Shown here: piece after piece, positions 59,917 to 64,000 of the stretch
Position numbering within the stretch: position 1 is the stretch's first letter
Layout: each line of letters starts with the position of its first letter
Assembly (NCBI GenBank): GCA_041687695.1
Contig: JAWLBL010000011.1
Location: 64,001 to 128,000, forward strand
Origin: Myxococcota bacterium
GTDB lineage: Bacteria > Myxococcota_A > UBA9042 > PHBI01 > JAWLBL01
Direction: 5' to 3'
DNA length: 64,000 nt
Notes under the pieces: model-generated
Databases searched by the model: none
Seen by the model: only the letters and a program-made list of their open reading frames with translations
Told to the model about the DNA's origin: nothing
Position numbers and translations under genes: made by a program

Positions 59917-60594
59917 ATGCCCAGCTACACCCTGTACAGCTACTTCCGCTCGAGCGCGTCGTGGCGCGTGCGCATCGGCCTCGCGCTCAAGGGCCTGCCC
60001 TACCGCTACCGGCCGGTGCACCTGCTCCGTGACGGGGGCGAGCAGTTCAGCGACGCCTACCGCGCGCTCAACCCGATGAGCGAGCTGCCGTGCCTCGTGG
60101 TCCACGGCGACGCGGACCCCGAGGGGCCCCCCGAGGCCGTGCTGGCCCAGTCGATCGCCATCCTCGAGTACCTGGACGAGGTGCACCCCTCGCCGCCGCT
60201 GCTGCCGTCGTCGGCGGCCGACCGGGCGCGGGTCCGCCAGCTGGTCGAGAGCGTCAACAGCTCGATCCAGCCGCTGCAGAACCTCAAGGTGCTCAAGCAC
60301 CTGCACGCGGCGTTCGGCGCCGACAAGGACGCGACGCAGGCCTGGGGGCGGCACTGGATCGCCCAGGGCTTTGGCGGGCTCGAGGCGCTGCTCGCGCGGA
60401 CCGCCGGCCGCCACGCCTTCGGCGACTCGGTGACGCTGGCCGACGTCGTGCTGGTGCCCCAGGTGTTCAACGCGCGCCGCTTCGGCGTGGAGCTGGCGCC
60501 CTTCCCGACGATCCAGCGGGTCGAGGCGGCGGCCATGGCCTTGCCGGCCTTCCAAGCGGCCACGCCCGACCACCAGCCCGATCATGAAGGCTGA
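59917..60594 (+). CDS. maiA: Maleylacetoacetate isomerase (zeta GST)
   Basis: YFRSSASWRVRIGL, QSIAILEYLDE, IQPLQNL, HPD-like C-terminus. Confidence 0.92.
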   Translation: MPSYTLYSYFRSSASWRVRIGLALKGLPYRYRPVHLLRDGGEQFSDAYRALNPMSELPCLVVHGDADPEGPPEAVLAQSIAILEYLDEVHPSPPLLPSSAADRARVRQLVESVNSSIQPLQNLKVLKHLHAAFGADKDATQAWGRHWIAQGFGGLEALLARTAGRHAFGDSVTLADVVLVPQVFNARRFGVELAPFPTIQRVEAAAMALPAFQAATPDHQPDHEG

Positions 60595-61582
60595 GGCCGG
60601 CGTGCGGCTGCTCGCGCTGCTGACGCTCGCGTCGCTGGGCGTCGGCTGCGCATCGACCGGGCCTCGGCCGGTCGTCCCCGACCCCGGCGCCCCGCCGGCG
60701 GCGGTGACCTTGCAGCACGGGCAGGCGCTGAGCCGCGAAGAGGCCGCGCGCTTCCTGTCGCGCTTTCGGCACGTCTACGTCGGCGAGCGCCACGCCAGCG
60801 CGCCCCACCAGGCCGTGCAGCTCGACGTCGTCCAGGCGCTGCACGACGCCGGCGCGCGCGTCACCGTCGCCGTCGAGTGGCTGCCGGCGTCGGCCCAGCC
60901 GGCCGTCGACGCCTACCTGCGCGGCGAGGTCGACGAGGCCGGCTTCCTCGAGCGCGCAGGCTGGGCGCGCGTGTGGGGCCACGCCTTCGAGTCCTACGCG
61001 CCCTTGTTCCGCTTCGCGCGCGCCGAGGGGCTGCCGATCGTGGCCCTGAACGCGCCGCCCGGGCTGCCGAGCCGCCTGGTCCGCCAGGGCCGGCAGGCGC
61101 TGTCGCCCGAGGAGCTCGCCGCCCTGCCGCCGCTCGACACCCACGATCCGGTCCACCGCGCCTGGTTCGGGTGCCTGTACGCGGCGGCCGCCCGCGCCCA
61201 CGGGGGCCACCACGGCGGCCACGGTCTCGACGCCGAGCGGATCGATCGCGCCTACGAGGGCCAGCTGGTCTGGGACGAGACGATGGCGCGCGGCGTGGCC
61301 GAGCTGCTGGCCTCGTCCGAACACGCCGGGCGCGTGATCGTGGTGCTGGCGGGGCAGGGGCACGTCGACTGGGCGCTGGGCATCCCGCGGCGCGCCCTGG
61401 CGCTCAGCGGGCAGCCGTTCGCCATCGCGGCCGCCGCGCCGCGCCGCGCCATCGACGCGCCGGAGCTGCGCGGGGACAGCGGGCCTTACCCAAGGCGCCG
61501 TGCGGATCTGCTGTGGTTCCCGCCGATCGGGTTCGAGGGCGACGATCTGGCCGCGATCCTGGCCGTCGACCCTTGTCGATGA
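60584..61582 (+). CDS. ChaN-family lipoprotein
   Basis: Lipobox GVGC; VYVGERH...HQAVQ, QLVWDETMA, AGQGHV. Confidence 0.82.
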   Translation: MKAEAGVRLLALLTLASLGVGCASTGPRPVVPDPGAPPAAVTLQHGQALSREEAARFLSRFRHVYVGERHASAPHQAVQLDVVQALHDAGARVTVAVEWLPASAQPAVDAYLRGEVDEAGFLERAGWARVWGHAFESYAPLFRFARAEGLPIVALNAPPGLPSRLVRQGRQALSPEELAALPPLDTHDPVHRAWFGCLYAAAARAHGGHHGGHGLDAERIDRAYEGQLVWDETMARGVAELLASSEHAGRVIVVLAGQGHVDWALGIPRRALALSGQPFAIAAAAPRRAIDAPELRGDSGPYPRRRADLLWFPPIGFEGDDLAAILAVDPCR

Positions 61583-61783
61583 TCCGGTCGCGAAATCGAC
61601 CCGAATCGACGCGAATCCCATTGCGCGGCCTTGCGCCGCGGTTATTCTGCGGCCTCTCCACCCGAAAAGCGGGTGCGGGGCATCGGACCTACTGGGGTGC
61701 GGCGAGAACGGTCGTGCGCATCGGCTGGTACCAGCGGGTGATGACAGAGAGCCTACCAGCAGAGCAAAAGAGAGCAGAGCAGA

Positions 61784-62233
61784 ATGGGTACCAAGATCTT
61801 CGTGGGTGGGCTGGCCTGGGCGACGACCGACGCGTCGCTGCGCGCCGCGTTCGAGCCGTTCGGCGAGGTGACCGACAGCAAGGTGGTGATGGATCGCGAG
61901 ACCGGCCGCAGCCGCGGCTTCGGGTTCGTGACGTTCGCGGACGACTCGGCCTGCCAGGCCGCGGTCAAGGCGATGGACGGGGCGTCGATCGACGGCCGCT
62001 CGGTCCGCGTGAACGAGGCCCAGGAGCGCCCCCGCACCGGCGGCGGCGGCTTCGGCGGCGGTGATCGCGGCGGCCGTGGCGGCTTCGGCGGCGGCGGCGG
62101 TGGTTACGGCGGCGGTGACCGCGGCGGCTACGGCGGCGGCGGCGGTGATCGCGGCGGCTTCGGCGGTGGCGATCGCGGCGGCCGTCGTGACGACCGCGGT
62201 GGCCGCGGTGGGCGCCGGGACGATCGCTGGTAG
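61784..62233 (+). CDS. RRM RNA-binding protein with Gly/RGG-rich tail
   Basis: RNP2 IFVGGL, RNP1 RGFGFVTF, GGDRGG repeats. Confidence 0.93.
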   Translation: MGTKIFVGGLAWATTDASLRAAFEPFGEVTDSKVVMDRETGRSRGFGFVTFADDSACQAAVKAMDGASIDGRSVRVNEAQERPRTGGGGFGGGDRGGRGGFGGGGGGYGGGDRGGYGGGGGDRGGFGGGDRGGRRDDRGGRGGRRDDRW

Positions 62234-62307
62234 TCTGATCCTCGACGGACCTCCCGCCCGCTCGTGACGAGCGCCGCGGGCTGGCCGACCACGAAGCATA
62301 GAAGAAG

Positions 62308-62346
62308 AGCCGGGGCCGCCATCGAGGCGGCCTCGGCTTTTTTTTT
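62308..62346 (+). terminator. Rho-independent terminator
   Basis: AGCCGGGGCCGCC-ATCGA-GGCGGCCTCGGC followed by a T run. Confidence 0.85.
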
Positions 62347-62420
62347 GCCCTGAGCACCGCGCCGGCGCCGCCGACCCTTGTCACGGACGCCACCGGAAAC
62401 GACTTTCCTGTTGTGCCATG

Positions 62421-62439
62421 GTTGAGAATCATTATCATC
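62421..62439. promoter_or_regulatory. Fur box
   Basis: TGAGAAT-C-ATTATCA (62423-62437), 1 mismatch to the 7-1-7 consensus TGATAATnATTATCA; upstream of bfd. Confidence 0.85.
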
Positions 62440-62480
62440 ACGTCGAGCCCCGAGAGCGAACTGGGGCAGTGGGTGATCCG

Positions 62481-62699
62481 ATGATCGTTTGCGTGTGTGA
62501 GGGCGTGTCCGACCGTGAGATCCGCGCCGCCATCCAGGGCGGCTCGCGCACCGTCAAGGACCTCGGCCGCGCCTGCGGGGCCGGCGGCGACTGCGGGCGC
62601 TGCGGCCTCATGCTCAAGCAGATGCTCCGCGACGCCGGCTGCGGCGGCGACTGCGCGACGCGGCGCCCGTCCAGCGACCAGGGCTGCCGCGCGGCCTGA
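62481..62699 (+). CDS. bfd: Bacterioferritin-associated ferredoxin
   Basis: MIVCVC...AGGDCGRC. Confidence 0.9.
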   Translation: MIVCVCEGVSDREIRAAIQGGSRTVKDLGRACGAGGDCGRCGLMLKQMLRDAGCGGDCATRRPSSDQGCRAA

Positions 62700-62774
62700 T
62701 CTTGGCTTGGCGAATCGCTTTTTCGCGGTAGGATCGCCGCCGACACCTACCAACTCGAAAGGCGAACGCTAGCC

Positions 62775-63251
62775 ATGCCCTCGACCAGCAAGAAGATCGT
62801 CTCGCTGCTCAACGACGTGCTCACCGCAGAGCTGACGGCCATCAACCAGTACTTCATGCACGCGAAGATGTGCGAGAACTGGGGCTACCTGCGGCTGTAC
62901 AAGAAGATCTACCGCGAGTCGATCGACGAGATGAAGCACGCCGAGGAGATCGTGGATCGCATCCTCTATCTCGGCGGCATCCCGAACCTTCAGCGGCTCG
63001 GCAAGATCAACATCGGCGAGACCGTCAAGGAGCAGCTGACGCTCGATCTCGCGCTCGAGTACGAGGCGCTCAAGCGGCTCAACGACGGCATCGCCGCCTG
63101 CCGCGAAGAGGGCGACAACGGCAGCCGCATGCTGCTCGACGGCATCCTCGCCTCCGAGGAGGAGCACGTCGACTGGCTCGAGACCCAGCTCGAGCTGATC
63201 ACCCAGCTCGGCGAGGCCCAGTACCTCGCCCAGCAGATCCGGGAAGAGTAG
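62775..63251 (+). CDS. bfr: Bacterioferritin
   Basis: [30 protein letters not shown]. Confidence 0.96.
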   Translation: MPSTSKKIVSLLNDVLTAELTAINQYFMHAKMCENWGYLRLYKKIYRESIDEMKHAEEIVDRILYLGGIPNLQRLGKINIGETVKEQLTLDLALEYEALKRLNDGIAACREEGDNGSRMLLDGILASEEEHVDWLETQLELITQLGEAQYLAQQIREE

Positions 63252-63329
63252 CCCGCCGCGCGCGCCCGCTCGGACCGCCGCGCGAACGCGCCCGCGGCCC
63301 GAGCGCGGCGTGGCCGGCGCACAGGGCGA

Positions 63330-63923
63330 TCAGCCGTCGCCCAGTCGCAGGGCCAGGCTCAGGCGCAGCGCCATCGTCCAGGCGAGCGGCTCGGAGCTGG
63401 GCAGGACGGCGCCAATGAGGTCGGCCTCCCAGACGACGTGCGTCCCCTCGCCGTGATCCGCCAGGGCGGGCCCGATGACCCCCAGGCCCAGCTCGAGGCC
63501 CGAGCGGTGGTGGACCCCGCCCGACGAGTCGCCCGCCAGGTTGGCGCCGGGCGTGCGCTCCCAGCTGGCGACGGACGCCGTGTGCACGTGCGTCAAGTGC
63601 AGGAAGGCGAGGCCCTCCCAGCCGTGCGGGGCCGTCCCGGTCGAGAGCATCGGCCCGACCGCGAGGCCCAGGAAGAGCTGGTCGTCCTCGCCGGAGGCGC
63701 CCGTGGCGGTCAGGTGTCCGACTTGCCCGGCGACCTGCACCCCGAAGCGGTCGGTGAAGCGGTAGCGGAACCCGCTGCTGCCGGTCCCGCCCGCGCCGCC
63801 CGCGGAGAGCTGTCCGCCGAGCCCCAGGCTGATGGTCATCTCGTTGGCCGACGCGGGGGCCGGCGTGAGCGCCAGGGCGGCGGTGAGGAGCGCGGTCGAA
63901 GACGCGAGCCGGAGCAGGGGCAT
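63330..63923 (-). CDS. Exported hypothetical protein, possible beta-barrel
   Basis: Signal peptide ending ASA; amphipathic strand pattern. Confidence 0.6.
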   Translation of the reverse strand: MPLLRLASSTALLTAALALTPAPASANEMTISLGLGGQLSAGGAGGTGSSGFRYRFTDRFGVQVAGQVGHLTATGASGEDDQLFLGLAVGPMLSTGTAPHGWEGLAFLHLTHVHTASVASWERTPGANLAGDSSGGVHHRSGLELGLGVIGPALADHGEGTHVVWEADLIGAVLPSSEPLAWTMALRLSLALRLGDG

Positions 63924-64000
63924 GCCTGGACCTCTCGGAGATGGCGGGTGAGCAGCCCTTCGGTTGTCGCGCGGACCGGTCCCGATCACGGCGCGCGGGA

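Noticed and set aside
54346..60585. 2079-aa single protein
   Set aside because: Only the part from GTG 56754 (with GGAGG RBS) looks coding; the upstream part overlaps other genes.

Overview
Very GC-rich chromosomal window, most consistent with a Myxococcota-like deltaproteobacterium (split Fo operon, DUF6178-like gene, pilD-HK-RR-pilMNOPQ, SgmX-like TPR protein). From left to right it holds a truncated double-AAA ATPase missing from the ORF track, serA-like, mscS, a PDZ-thioredoxin, alr, the Fo genes (two I-type genes, atpB, atpE) and a giant GT-C glycosyltransferase next to pilD and a sensor kinase. An accessory patch at 19.4-24.1 kb contains two tandem paralogue pairs, a palindromic repeat array and an islet flanked by a 47-bp direct repeat. 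It is followed by an inverted sigma-54 regulator, pilMNOP, a repeat array, pilQ, aroK-aroB, aroQ, SgmX-like/PilZ/acidic proteins, gshA, GH57, mdh, a Ser/Thr kinase and two peptide transporters. The right end carries a VKOR-DsbA-FGE-TlpA fusion behind a transglutaminase-like gene, FAH/maiA, ChaN, an RRM protein and Fur box-bfd-bfr. The strongest novelty candidates are a 1327-aa PilQ with a ~570-aa proline-free helical insert, the four-domain redox fusion, the integrase-less islet and two structured repeat arrays. No rRNA, tRNA, CRISPR-cas, transposase or integrase was recognised. All calls come from motif recognition by eye; no searches were run.
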